Source: an uncultured virus (IMG/VR IMGVR_UViG_3300020173_001350) (lineage: Duplodnaviria; Heunggongvirae; Uroviricota; Caudoviricetes). From it: 64,000 nt of DNA. The stretch is from the IMG/VR virus record IMGVR_UViG_3300020173_001350, one strand, 5' to 3'. The position numbers were made by a program, and so were the translations under genes. Below, piece by piece: positions 19,746 through 29,506 of the stretch. Within the stretch, counting starts at the first letter, position 1, and every line of letters starts with the position of its first letter. The notes below the pieces were generated by a model. That model did no database searches. It saw only the letters and a program-made list of their open reading frames with translations, and was not told the origin of the DNA.

Positions 19746-19923
19746 TTTGCAATCTCCCGATTTCCATCATACAACGTTTCGATTCCTCTATCATACCCAT
19801 TCTTGCGAGCTCCGCTGCCGCTCGGCTGTAGCCAATCATTTGCGAATAACGATCTAGTGAAGACCACAAACCCGACAAGGGCGAAAAGACATAGTTTGCT
19901 ACTAAAGTTGTCATTAAACCCAC
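19735..19923 (-). CDS. small hypothetical protein
   Basis: Overlaps both neighbours; [11 protein letters not shown] helix. Confidence 0.6.
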   Translation of the reverse strand: MGLMTTLVANYVFSPLSGLWSSLDRYSQMIGYSRAAAELARMGMIEESKRCMMEIGRLQNDR

Positions 19924-20144
19924 CCTCTCAAATTATCGTTTTGATTATGAGCAATGTACCAAATATCACCTCTACTGAGACCAATATCGTTTAACTCTTT
20001 ATCAGTTAATTTAGATAATTCTTTGATGGTTTGTTTAGCTATTTTCTTTGCAGCTCTCTCTTGTTTGAAAGTTCTGTATGCTTCAATGATAGTTTCAATT
20101 GCCCTCGTTGAGTAGCTGTGGGCCATAAGGATTGCTTGTGTCAT
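19914..20144 (-). CDS. DUF1127 (YjiS-like) small protein
   Basis: ELSKLTDKELNDIGLSRGDI signature; SD AGAGG. Confidence 0.9.
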   Translation of the reverse strand: MTQAILMAHSYSTRAIETIIEAYRTFKQERAAKKIAKQTIKELSKLTDKELNDIGLSRGDIWYIAHNQNDNLRGWV

Positions 20145-20305
20145 TTCCGTTTCCTCTAATATATGTGTATGTTGTATGATCCGATCCTAGACCGTATGCC
20201 TAGGTTTAATCCTTTTTACAAATATATTTATTAGGAAAATAGGTAAATAAGGGTTACCAATTTGGAATAGCCGTTATTCGGTTTAGACAACAGTGACAAA
20301 TTGTC

Positions 20306-21091
20306 TTATGGAATAGGATTGTCTACTAATATTAAATCGTAAGTTGCACCACAACCTACTGAACCGACAGTGATAACATCAACTTTAATGTCAGTTTTTT
20401 CTGGAAACCTAAGAGGTACAGCATATTCAAAGTTTACTGGATTACCACCTTGTGATCCAAGCTGTGATTTAATATTAAATGCAGTTCCATTATCTACTGG
20501 ACGTGACATTAATCTAAAGTATGTTGGAGCATTTGTTTTATCCATTGTACAAGTCAATTGCATCAAATACGCCGTCTTACCGGCAGGAACTGTATAGGTA
20601 CTCATCAAAGTTTGACCGTTGTCTGCTAATATAATAGCGTATGTAGTTCCACCAATTGAGAAGGTAACATCATTCTCATTTTGATCGCCTGTCATATAAG
20701 CACGGTAGATACGATAAAATTCTGCGGTGGTTGTTCCACCAATTGTTGTTTCTTCTGATACGATATTATAATTTACGTCAAGTCCTTCAACAACAACTGT
20801 CTCACCGCTTTGAGACGAAGAAGCAACTGTTACTACACCCGCTGCGGTTGGCCAAGTATATACACCATTTGAACCATCCCAAATAGTAGTCGTACCATTA
20901 ATATCGTCACCTGTATGAGCGAACTTGTTGATATGAGAATATCCATCTACTTGCCCCGCAGCAATTGGAATATTAGACGCCGAACCAAATGTGTTGATAA
21001 TATTGCCGTCTTTATCTGCTAGAACAAATGCTTCAAATAAAGTTTTATTACCTTGTAAAAAAGCTTGAGTTAGTTTGTTCCAAATAGCCAT
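20306..21091 (-). CDS. hypothetical protein, probably virion structural (beta-rich)
   Basis: Thr/Gly-rich, YTVPAGKTAYL motif common in phage structural proteins. Confidence 0.5.
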   Translation of the reverse strand: MAIWNKLTQAFLQGNKTLFEAFVLADKDGNIINTFGSASNIPIAAGQVDGYSHINKFAHTGDDINGTTTIWDGSNGVYTWPTAAGVVTVASSSQSGETVVVEGLDVNYNIVSEETTIGGTTTAEFYRIYRAYMTGDQNENDVTFSIGGTTYAIILADNGQTLMSTYTVPAGKTAYLMQLTCTMDKTNAPTYFRLMSRPVDNGTAFNIKSQLGSQGGNPVNFEYAVPLRFPEKTDIKVDVITVGSVGCGATYDLILVDNPIP

Positions 21092-21094
21092 CTG

Positions 21095-21382
21095 TTAAAT
21101 CCTCGTGTCAAAATAGTTTTTAGATAGTTCAGACCAAGGGCCGTTCGTGTTGGAATCAGTATAAATTTTTCCTCCTGCGGCTGGCTGAACCTTACGACAC
21201 TTTACATATGTTTCTTGTGTATTGCCGCCTGGAGGTGTGAAAGATCTGATACCATTTGTAACAGTTCCATTTGCATCTTCATAGTATTCACCAGCTAATG
21301 GCGCGTTACCGTATTGCCAAATCGCAGTAGGTGTTCCACTTACTAAAACTGTTGGTGATCCTGGTACGTCAACCCATGCCAT
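21095..21382 (-). CDS. hypothetical protein
   Basis: Likely start MAWVD at 21382. Confidence 0.55.
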   Translation of the reverse strand: MAWVDVPGSPTVLVSGTPTAIWQYGNAPLAGEYYEDANGTVTNGIRSFTPPGGNTQETYVKCRKVQPAAGGKIYTDSNTNGPWSELSKNYFDTRI

Positions 21383-22611
21383 TATTTTGTCCACCCTTTG
21401 ATATACTTGTCTGAGAAATTAGCTTTACTAAATTCTAATCTGTCAACAAGTTTTAATGCGTTTTTGCCATACCTATCAATAGCGACAAACCCTTCTTGAC
21501 CTGTTACTTCATATCCTTTACTCGTTTTGAGTAAGGTTCTTAATCCACCTACCATGTTAAGCTTTTTAACAATAAGGTGCTTTGCGTCTACGATGTGATT
21601 ATACATTGTAAACATATTCTCAAGATCTTTTGATTTGTTTGTTTTAAAGAACTTCATAGCAACATCTTTTTTACCTTGCCATGCCGCTTTACCCTTAGGT
21701 GATTTCTTTTCAGCGATTTCTTTATCAAAATAAGTATTCATATATTTCTCAAATCCTTTAATGAAAGCTTTAGGTTTACCAACCCGCTGTCCTTCACGAA
21801 CCTTTGAATTAATATATACGTTTAATCTTTTATTGATATCTTCGTTATTAGCAACATCATCTAATGTCTTTTTCGGTACCATACGGAATAACTTACCTGC
21901 GTTTGATAGCGCAAGTGTTACTGCATCGGTTTCAGCTTTTGTCATATTAGCTGTACCTGATTGATCTCGGAATACCGCATCAACACTCCAACAGGATTTT
22001 ACCTTTTTGAGTCCAGATGCAATCTCCTCTCCAAAACTTGCTGACATTGTTTCAAATGATTCTCCTCGATAGACTGTATGCCAGACCACACCGACCTTGG
22101 ATCCGAGTATTTCTTTAGCAAGGGCTGACGACTTTGGTACCGCATAAACAATCGTATTAGGATGGAAAGTAATATGCGGTTCTCCATCAATCGTATCTTC
22201 TTTAATATCACTTCTTTCATATAAAAAATCACCTTGTACTACACCTTTGATACCGAGTTTTGAAAACTCATCAAGAGCAAGTTTTAATTTTACTGCAAGT
22301 TCACCACTTGTATCCGCATCAATTTCAGCATGCGTTTTATATACTTTTGGGTTCTTATTGAATATACCTTTTTTGGCAACAAAGAATTTACCATCACTCG
22401 GGTCAGTACCTGCAAATACAGCAGGTGCGCCATCCCACTTAACACTAATGTTAACCGCTGATTTTGATGTGCCGCCAAGCATATCCCGTATATCTCGTAG
22501 ATGATTAATGACGTTACGTGTTCCCATAACACCGCCGTCAATAACCGCATCTTCCGCATGGGTCATATGCAGGTTTTTAGCCTCGTTTAATAATGTACTA
22601 AATTTTTTCAT
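21382..22611 (-). CDS. conserved T4-like protein (DUF6267-like) with ligase-type nucleotidyltransferase motifs
   Basis: SVKWDGAP, EGFV, KLVDR.EFS; leader MKKFSTLLNEA. Confidence 0.65.
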   Translation of the reverse strand: MKKFSTLLNEAKNLHMTHAEDAVIDGGVMGTRNVINHLRDIRDMLGGTSKSAVNISVKWDGAPAVFAGTDPSDGKFFVAKKGIFNKNPKVYKTHAEIDADTSGELAVKLKLALDEFSKLGIKGVVQGDFLYERSDIKEDTIDGEPHITFHPNTIVYAVPKSSALAKEILGSKVGVVWHTVYRGESFETMSASFGEEIASGLKKVKSCWSVDAVFRDQSGTANMTKAETDAVTLALSNAGKLFRMVPKKTLDDVANNEDINKRLNVYINSKVREGQRVGKPKAFIKGFEKYMNTYFDKEIAEKKSPKGKAAWQGKKDVAMKFFKTNKSKDLENMFTMYNHIVDAKHLIVKKLNMVGGLRTLLKTSKGYEVTGQEGFVAIDRYGKNALKLVDRLEFSKANFSDKYIKGWTK

Positions 22612-23321
22612 TACTTAACTTCGTGAGATATTTTACGCCCGGCTTTCATACCAATGCCGACACGAGTATGCTTTAGTCCCAAATCGTTTCTTTTTGAGCT
22701 ACCACTTTTTGCTGTTCTTGCAAAGATATGATAGTCGTGTTTAATTGGCTCGTCATGGTGCATAATATGGTGAGCGTCAATATGATGCCCATCTTTATGC
22801 TTTTTCAAATTCATATGCCCTTGAATCAAACTATGACACGCATCATTGCCGTGCTTACCGCCGTGATCTTTACCAAACAATGCCTTTTTAACTAGGTCAT
22901 GGTGTTGTTTGTTTTTATTGTCGAGATGCATAGAAATAGTGCCTTTTCCTTCGGCAGTACCACCATGATCTTTTTCAATAGCTTTTTGGAATTTTTTAAC
23001 CGCGGGATGATCTTTAAACTTTGAAACACCACCTAATTGATTGTACGATTTAGCAGCATCACCTGAACCTTTATAATCCTTATGAGAAACGTAAACGTGA
23101 TTGCCTTTTTTATCGTGTAGTTTAAAATCGGCTTTCGGTGTACCACTAACCTTTTCGGCATGGGTAATTTGATGCTTTTTGTTATTATGATGTAATACCA
23201 CATGGTCCTTGCCTGTTTCTTTTTTAACACGATTTACTTCGTCATTAAAGTGCGCAAGGTGCATCTTTTCCTTTGCTTCAGGATCTTTTTTCTCATTTAT
23301 AAATGTCTTAAACCGTAACAT
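22611..23321 (-). CDS. His-rich protein, possible PD-(D/E)XK-like nuclease fold
   Basis: GTPKADF...VSHK; leader MLRFKTFINE. Confidence 0.5.
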   Translation of the reverse strand: MLRFKTFINEKKDPEAKEKMHLAHFNDEVNRVKKETGKDHVVLHHNNKKHQITHAEKVSGTPKADFKLHDKKGNHVYVSHKDYKGSGDAAKSYNQLGGVSKFKDHPAVKKFQKAIEKDHGGTAEGKGTISMHLDNKNKQHHDLVKKALFGKDHGGKHGNDACHSLIQGHMNLKKHKDGHHIDAHHIMHHDEPIKHDYHIFARTAKSGSSKRNDLGLKHTRVGIGMKAGRKISHEVK

Positions 23322-23349
23322 AGTAAGCTCCGCTGTGTTGATTTAAAAC

Positions 23350-23357
23350 TATTTATA
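23350..23357 (-). promoter_or_regulatory. T4-type late promoter
   Basis: TATAAATA at replication-to-late module boundary. Confidence 0.7.
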
Positions 23358-23544
23358 ATTCTGCTGAATTGTTATATTTCTGAAAAAAGGAAGGTACAGG
23401 TGATTGATAGAAACCTGACCCAAGGTTTAGGCGACGAGCCATCTTGTTAGCCTCACGTTTACTAACATTTATTTCAATCCATTCGTCACTTTCCGTATTG
23501 TATAACTGCCAACGTTTATCTTTTTGAGTCACAACATAAGCCAT
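23353..23544 (-). CDS. hypothetical protein
   Basis: ORF coupled to gp41 stop; LNLGSGF...P.FF. Confidence 0.6.
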   Translation of the reverse strand: MAYVVTQKDKRWQLYNTESDEWIEINVSKREANKMARRLNLGSGFYQSPVPSFFQKYNNSAEL

Positions 23545-24962
23545 TACATTAAATCTCCTGAGTCAAATAATTTCTTTTTACTTTTACCAAAATTGCCTTT
23601 ATCAAATACAGGTGCATCATCAAAAGATCTTGGTTGTTGTGGTGTTGTATTAGCGGTGTCTTGGCTAATACTTGTCTGAGCATAATCCTCAAGGTCATAC
23701 AGTTTCATTTTAGCACGGTCAATACCAACAACAAATCGGCGGAAATAATTCAAATCACCCCAACGATTTTTCAATTGTTTAAACATTAATTGACCAAGGT
23801 TGTCGAGTTCTTCAGATGAGATCAAGCCAATAATACAATCAGCAGTATGAGTAATACCCATGGATTCAGAAGTATTCGTAAGATCCACATCAGAATTACC
23901 ATACCCATCACGGTTAAACTGAGAACTAGTAACAACGGCACAATTGTATTCCATAGCAAGACCACGCACCTCCTCGGCAATTGATTTAACTAATGTATAT
24001 GAGTTAGCTGCAGCTGCACCTTTGACACGTGCCGACGCACATATGTTTAGATAATCAATAAAGATAATATCAGGAGTGAAGTTGCGTTTCATTTTTAATT
24101 CGTTTAGCAAATGTCGGAAATGACCAACGTGAGCCGAACCTGTTGGATATTCTTTAACAACAAGTTTGCCTGTTGTTTTGCCTTTGAAGCGATTAATACG
24201 TTTAGCAAATACATCACGTGGGGTTTCAGAAACTTCATCAATTGTTACATCCATCATATTAGCATCAATGCGTTCAGAGATACGTTCTTCTGCCATTTCC
24301 ATTGTAATGTATAAGACATTGTTACCGTGCATCAATGCCGATGCAGCATGATGGCATTTAACTAATGATTTACCACCACCTGTTGTTGCCAACAATACAG
24401 TCATAGATTTGCGCGGCAAACCACCTTTAGTAATCTTGTTAAGTAATTCAATATCGAATGGAATACGCTCTTCTTTCTTATGATAAAAGTCATATCGAGA
24501 GTCATAATCTTCAAAGTAATCATGGCCGATTGATGTATCAAAATTAACAGAAAGTGAGTCACTCAAAAGTTGAGGTAAGGCACCTTTATCAAATTCTTTA
24601 TCAGTGCCATCAACAACCAAAATTGCTTTACGAATTGCATTATATAAATCACGGTCTTGACAGAATTTTTCTGTTTCACCTACCAACCAATCAAAGTTAG
24701 TATTCTCATCAATTGCCATTGTATCAATTTCAGTCATAACACCTTTATAGGTATCTTCATTCAAATCTTTACGTTTATCAACGGACAGCTTGAGTGCTTC
24801 GACGGAAGGTGGTTCTTTGTAATCTTCAACATATGACGAATATGTATCAAAGATCTTTTTGATATTAGCATCCTCAAAGTAATCCGATTTAATATACGGA
24901 AATACCTTTTGAAAATACTCACGGTTAAATATAAGGTTTGTTAATACTGTTTTTTCAATCAT
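23544..24962 (-). CDS. gp41: replicative DNA helicase (T4 gp41-like)
   Basis: Walker A TTGGGKS, YITMEMAEE, KEYPTG, IDYLNIC, KQLKNRWGD; likely start MIEK at 24962. Confidence 0.95.
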   Translation of the reverse strand: MIEKTVLTNLIFNREYFQKVFPYIKSDYFEDANIKKIFDTYSSYVEDYKEPPSVEALKLSVDKRKDLNEDTYKGVMTEIDTMAIDENTNFDWLVGETEKFCQDRDLYNAIRKAILVVDGTDKEFDKGALPQLLSDSLSVNFDTSIGHDYFEDYDSRYDFYHKKEERIPFDIELLNKITKGGLPRKSMTVLLATTGGGKSLVKCHHAASALMHGNNVLYITMEMAEERISERIDANMMDVTIDEVSETPRDVFAKRINRFKGKTTGKLVVKEYPTGSAHVGHFRHLLNELKMKRNFTPDIIFIDYLNICASARVKGAAAANSYTLVKSIAEEVRGLAMEYNCAVVTSSQFNRDGYGNSDVDLTNTSESMGITHTADCIIGLISSEELDNLGQLMFKQLKNRWGDLNYFRRFVVGIDRAKMKLYDLEDYAQTSISQDTANTTPQQPRSFDDAPVFDKGNFGKSKKKLFDSGDLM

Positions 24963-25053
24963 TGGATATCCATAAGTTGAGATGATTTGTGGCGAGCAAT
25001 AAGTTACCCGCCACAATATTAATTGTATTACAGATGTAAGAACTTGTCAACTG

Positions 25054-26142
25054 TTATTCTTCGGTATCCACAACAAGATCTTCAATTACTTCAGGTTCAT
25101 CCGTTTCTTCACGCATAATACTACCTGAGGCTCCAATTGTAAAGGCTTCTTTAATATATGTTGTGAGATCAGTTTTCTCAAACATCATTAGCCAAAACTC
25201 TTTGTTATCGTTAACCTCTTTGGCACGCATCAGCTTTTCAGAAATAACCTCACCGGTTTCTGGGTTAACTGCTTCATACCAACCAACTTTTGGTTTACGG
25301 AGGTAACCACCTTTTTCAGCTACATCCATCAAACCAGACCACTTCACAATACCGCCATCCCAACTTACACTAATTGGAATTTTAGATTTTTCTTTAACAT
25401 GGCGTGATTTTTCAATATTAATAACAAAGTGATAACCTTGAATTTCAGTACCAACCTTATCCTGTTGGCGACCAATAATCCAAATTGCATCAGCAGAGTA
25501 ATAAATACCAGTCCCACCTGAAACAATAGCTTTAGGAAACAAACCAATTTCCTGATAAGTATGGTTTACCGCAATCAGTGGGATATCTTTCAAATTAAGA
25601 TGTGGTGTAACAATACGGAACAATGATTTCAGTGCCTTTGCTCGAGACATATCAGCAACTGATTTTTCATTCATCGCATCTTCGACTTCTTTCTTAGATG
25701 CAAGGTTACCGACTGAGTCAATGATAATACAAACATTATCTTTTTTCTCAATACCGTCCAACTGTTTCGTAACATCAAATTTGAGTTCTTCAACATTGGT
25801 GATTGGTGTATGGACGACTCGATCCATGTCAATACCAAATGATTCAAAATATGATTGAGGTGTACCAAATTCCGAATCATAAAAGAGCAAGATTGCATCT
25901 TCATGCTTGTTTAAATAAGCGGCTGCTGTTAGCAAAGCAAACGCCGACTTAAAGTGTTTTGATGGACCTGCCAAAACAAGGAGACCTGGTGATAGTCCAC
26001 CATCAACACGACCTGACAGCGCAACATTTACCATAGGTACAGGTGTTGGTGCCATTTCTTTCTTACCAAAAACTTTTGACTCAGATAACTGTGCCGTCAG
26101 TTTAATGGTAGAATTCTTCACAAGTTTGTCTAAAAGACTCAT
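25054..26142 (-). CDS. uvsX: RecA-like recombinase
   Basis: AGPSKHFKS, YDSEFG, DSVGNLAS, SGGTGIYYSAD. Confidence 0.95.
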   Translation of the reverse strand: MSLLDKLVKNSTIKLTAQLSESKVFGKKEMAPTPVPMVNVALSGRVDGGLSPGLLVLAGPSKHFKSAFALLTAAAYLNKHEDAILLFYDSEFGTPQSYFESFGIDMDRVVHTPITNVEELKFDVTKQLDGIEKKDNVCIIIDSVGNLASKKEVEDAMNEKSVADMSRAKALKSLFRIVTPHLNLKDIPLIAVNHTYQEIGLFPKAIVSGGTGIYYSADAIWIIGRQQDKVGTEIQGYHFVINIEKSRHVKEKSKIPISVSWDGGIVKWSGLMDVAEKGGYLRKPKVGWYEAVNPETGEVISEKLMRAKEVNDNKEFWLMMFEKTDLTTYIKEAFTIGASGSIMREETDEPEVIEDLVVDTEE

Positions 26143-26143
26143 A

Positions 26144-26470
26144 TTATTTTCCCTCTACAATCGTCATTAGTTTTTCTTTATATGATTGTATTTTCCCGAC
26201 TCTATCGGGCCAATAGATTGTTGACTTATCTGGGTTCTTACATAGATTATCCAGAAAAGGTGTTACAGATTTGAATAAAAGTTCTAGACGATATTCAAAG
26301 TCATCGGCAGCTACTTTAGCATCATTAAGTTGATCCTCGAGTGATTGCTTTTCACTACTGACTTCTTGAATTTTTTCCTCGGCAGCAGCTTCTTTTTCCT
26401 GAAGCTCTTCATCAATGAAGCTGAAGCCGAAGTCAAAGTCTAAAACCTCTTCGTAGGTTTTACTAACCAT
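26144..26470 (-). CDS. hypothetical protein
   Basis: DFDFGFSF...PFLDNLCKNP..STIYWPDR. Confidence 0.65.
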   Translation of the reverse strand: MVSKTYEEVLDFDFGFSFIDEELQEKEAAAEEKIQEVSSEKQSLEDQLNDAKVAADDFEYRLELLFKSVTPFLDNLCKNPDKSTIYWPDRVGKIQSYKEKLMTIVEGK

Positions 26471-27404
26471 TTGCTAGTTCCTTAAAGATTGAAAGATCTT
26501 CATCATCGTCGTCCATTGACATGGTTGTGGATGATGTTTCAGGCATTGCGGTAGGCATTGTCGGTTGAGGTGCCGACGTTGCTGCATTACCCAGGCTACT
26601 CAAATCAAGATCATCATCGGCGTCACCAACAGCAGTTGTTGGATCAGATGGTTCTTCATTCAAAGCAAGTACACGGTGTAGCTTTGCTTTCAATTCATTA
26701 TAATCTTTGAAGTTCTTTGGATCAACCAACTCTTGCAGTTTATGCTGTTGGTTCCAGATAGCTTCGATTTCTGCATCATCTTCGGCAATAGGTGACGGTG
26801 AATCAAATTCTGATTTGTCATAGTTTGGATATCCTTCAAACTTACGGATTTTCAAACGGAAATTTGCACCTTCCCAAAAATCAAATGGGTTTACTGGTGT
26901 TTCATCCTCGAACTGAGGGTTCATCATATCATTCAGTTTGTCGAAGATCTTTTTACCGAATTGGTACATAAAGACCTTGCCGTCATTATCAGGGTTTGCG
27001 CTGTCTTTTACAATAAGGACATTGGCAACATACTTCAGACGACGCTTCTGTTTGCGTGCCTGTTCTTTATCGGACTCAATACCTGAGTTCCACAATTTTG
27101 AATTAAATTCTGAAACCGGGTCATCCGCACCGATTGTTGTTAATGAGTTTTCAATGTACCACAGACCTGTTGGGCCTTGAAAACCGTGATCCCAAATACG
27201 AACGAATGGCATTTCTTCACCTTGAGGGGCAGGCAAGAAACGAATGATAGCAAAACCATTACCCGCTTTGTCACGAGTTGGTTTCCACATTTTACCTTCA
27301 TTGGGATCAGAGTAGCTCTTTTGAGAAATCTTGTCGAGCTGTTGGTTCAATTTATTTAAAGAACTTGAACGATTCTTTTTGAGTGCATCAAATGACATAG
27401 TCAT
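26463..27404 (-). CDS. gp32: single-stranded DNA-binding protein
   Basis: GNGFAIIRFLP, HGFQGP.G.WYIENS, FGKKIFDK, acidic tail. Confidence 0.95.
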   Translation of the reverse strand: MTMSFDALKKNRSSSLNKLNQQLDKISQKSYSDPNEGKMWKPTRDKAGNGFAIIRFLPAPQGEEMPFVRIWDHGFQGPTGLWYIENSLTTIGADDPVSEFNSKLWNSGIESDKEQARKQKRRLKYVANVLIVKDSANPDNDGKVFMYQFGKKIFDKLNDMMNPQFEDETPVNPFDFWEGANFRLKIRKFEGYPNYDKSEFDSPSPIAEDDAEIEAIWNQQHKLQELVDPKNFKDYNELKAKLHRVLALNEEPSDPTTAVGDADDDLDLSSLGNAATSAPQPTMPTAMPETSSTTMSMDDDDEDLSIFKELANG

Positions 27405-27476
27405 ATACGTATCTCCTTAATATTGCTTTATATAGCGTTTTATGTTGCGAAATGTAGTTAACATCAGTTAACCAAC

Positions 27477-27484
27477 TATTTATA
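27477..27484 (-). promoter_or_regulatory. T4-type late promoter upstream of gp32
   Basis: TATAAATA. Confidence 0.6.
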
Positions 27485-28096
27485 TCAGAAAAACCGATCA
27501 CGGATGATATCCTTGAACTTTTTTTCATTTATTTCCAAGAACGGTTTGTATTTCTTGGATAATCTAATTATATCACGAGCAACGATTTTGTCAACCAAAT
27601 TATCATCCCAATAAGGAAAAATGTTTGATAAATTGGTAATTATTGTAAACGTCTCAAGTGATATTTGCTTTTGTAAATATAGACGTAAGATATGCGGATG
27701 CTGTCCGTCTGGTGTTACAAAATTTGCTTGGTAGTTATCGTCAAGTTTACTCAAATCAGATTTAAAAGTATAACTTAACGCATCCATCTTTTTGCGCCAA
27801 TCAACGTATCGCTCATCACCAATGTCTTCAACAATATCACGTATCCATGAATTAGGATTAACAACCATATTAGCCAACAATTGATTTATTGGCTCATCCT
27901 TAGTTGACAATTTGTGAAAGAAGAAAACATCGTTACGTGTGCGATATGTTTCAAATTTGGCTCTTACTTTACCACGATATTTTTGATAGTCATAACCGTC
28001 CGTGGTAAAGTGTTTTTTCATTGCAAGATATTTTATATAGAGCTGAAAAGTTTCCTCATTTGCAAAGCTCTGTGATGTCTTTATCATCTTTTTCAA
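27485..28096 (-). CDS. gp59: helicase loader
   Basis: YLAMKKHF...YDY.KY.GK, QISLETF; position between gp33 and gp32. Confidence 0.85.
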   Translation of the reverse strand: MKKMIKTSQSFANEETFQLYIKYLAMKKHFTTDGYDYQKYRGKVRAKFETYRTRNDVFFFHKLSTKDEPINQLLANMVVNPNSWIRDIVEDIGDERYVDWRKKMDALSYTFKSDLSKLDDNYQANFVTPDGQHPHILRLYLQKQISLETFTIITNLSNIFPYWDDNLVDKIVARDIIRLSKKYKPFLEINEKKFKDIIRDRFF

Positions 28097-28295
28097 CCAA
28101 TCTCAATTGCACAGCTTCTGATCTAAGTTTCTCTTTAAGTATTGATGATTTCTTTACGATATCAGCAACTGCCTCGATTTCTAGATTATTCTTGCGTGCA
28201 TATTCAACTAACGCATCAATATAATTTACACCGTTGGCCAGCATGTCCGCAATTTCATGGTGGATTTTTTCAGGCGACCTTGGCGGTGTAATCAT
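28056..28295 (-). CDS. gp33: late transcription coactivator
   Basis: NYIDALVEY...EIE....LKEKLRSEA; T4 synteny. Confidence 0.8.
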   Translation of the reverse strand: MITPPRSPEKIHHEIADMLANGVNYIDALVEYARKNNLEIEAVADIVKKSSILKEKLRSEAVQLRLVEKDDKDITELCK

Positions 28296-28299
28296 TTGT

Positions 28300-28494
28300 C
28301 TAAAGTCCCAACGCGTGTCTAATTTCATTTTTCTTATGGTCCCTTCCCATTCTATAGGCTGTCCAAAAAAGCATTACATCTTTCTTGTCCTCATAAACTA
28401 TGTTTCCATTAATTTTCACAAAAGGTCTATCTTTTATTTGAATTTCAACACCATAAGTATTACCACGGATTTCAGGTATGTTATTGCTATCCAT
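28300..28494 (-). CDS. hypothetical protein
   Basis: ORF in tightly packed operon. Confidence 0.5.
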   Translation of the reverse strand: MDSNNIPEIRGNTYGVEIQIKDRPFVKINGNIVYEDKKDVMLFWTAYRMGRDHKKNEIRHALGL

Positions 28495-28690
28495 TTAATG
28501 TCTTAATCCCACTGATCCAATTATCAGCCGCATCCTCGACATAGTGGATAGATTTTCCTTCAAAAGTTTCACGTTTAATTTCTTGTGCTTCCGAGAAATA
28601 ACGAATAGAATATGTTCCTTCATTATCTTTATGAATTTCAGCACGATACATCAATTTATTGCGTTCGCCTAGTACGTGTTTAACATACAT
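28487..28690 (-). CDS. hypothetical protein
   Basis: SD AAGGAG; KSIHYVEDAADNW motif. Confidence 0.65.
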   Translation of the reverse strand: MYVKHVLGERNKLMYRAEIHKDNEGTYSIRYFSEAQEIKRETFEGKSIHYVEDAADNWISGIKTLNG

Positions 28691-28850
28691 CTGTTTTCTC
28701 CTTTTTAATATGAGTTATGTTTGAGCTGGCCTTTTTAGACCCGCAAGACTTACAATAATGTAAAGTAATTAAATACCTATGGTTATCAAACTCAGCTATT
28801 GTTTGATTCCTTACAATATTAATATTATCACAACATCCATTTATTGTCAA
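28680..28850 (-). CDS. putative 56-aa zinc-ribbon protein (not in ORF track)
   Basis: TTG start; MTINGCCDN...HYCKSCGSKK...; fills the gap exactly and overlaps both neighbours. Confidence 0.5.
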   Translation of the reverse strand: MTINGCCDNINIVRNQTIAEFDNHRYLITLHYCKSCGSKKASSNITHIKKEKTDVC

Positions 28851-29506
28851 CCGTTTTCTTCCTCTTTTGTTTTATATTGCCATTCATCAGTGTGGCCAAC
28901 CGACCATTTGGGTTGATCTTCTACTGCGTAGTTTTGAGTACACACTTTAAAATCAGGTCGTTTCAAATTAGCAGGTGTTAATGAACTGTCTCTCCATATA
29001 ACTCTGTTGTTTGGTTGAGCAGCGAATTGACCATTATCAAGTCTAATAACATTAAATGATTTGTGCTCTGGATCGTGTTCTGAAAAATTAGTATCGAGAT
29101 ATGCGTTATCTCTGTGAGCATTATCTATGGTAAATTCGTATTCTCCTGCGTGCATCTTTTTGTCTTTTCCAAAAAACTCACACCTACACAAGATTGGCTT
29201 TTGGATAACGGTAAGGTCGTAATCAAAACAATCCCAAAGCTGAAGAACATCAAGTGGAAGCTGGTCTTCAAGATCGAAGTCTTCTTTCCAAACAAAAGCT
29301 GATATAGGTAATTTATCATATAATGCTCCATAGTCTGTAAGAAGTGTTTCAAAATATAACGCTTTTGATTGAGTTGATTTAACACTAATCCAAATGCCAG
29401 GAGTTAAGTTACCCCATCCTCGGTCGTCAGCGAAATCCAAATCGTATAGATATTCCATTTTAACATATACGTTTACTGGTGGCAAGGGATGTACTAAAAA
29501 CGCCAT
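28847..29506 (-). CDS. conserved marine T4-like phage hypothetical protein
   Basis: ALYFE..L.DYGALYDKLPISAF, LQLWDCF, EHKSFN...GQFAAQPNNR. Confidence 0.7.
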   Translation of the reverse strand: MAFLVHPLPPVNVYVKMEYLYDLDFADDRGWGNLTPGIWISVKSTQSKALYFETLLTDYGALYDKLPISAFVWKEDFDLEDQLPLDVLQLWDCFDYDLTVIQKPILCRCEFFGKDKKMHAGEYEFTIDNAHRDNAYLDTNFSEHDPEHKSFNVIRLDNGQFAAQPNNRVIWRDSSLTPANLKRPDFKVCTQNYAVEDQPKWSVGHTDEWQYKTKEEENG

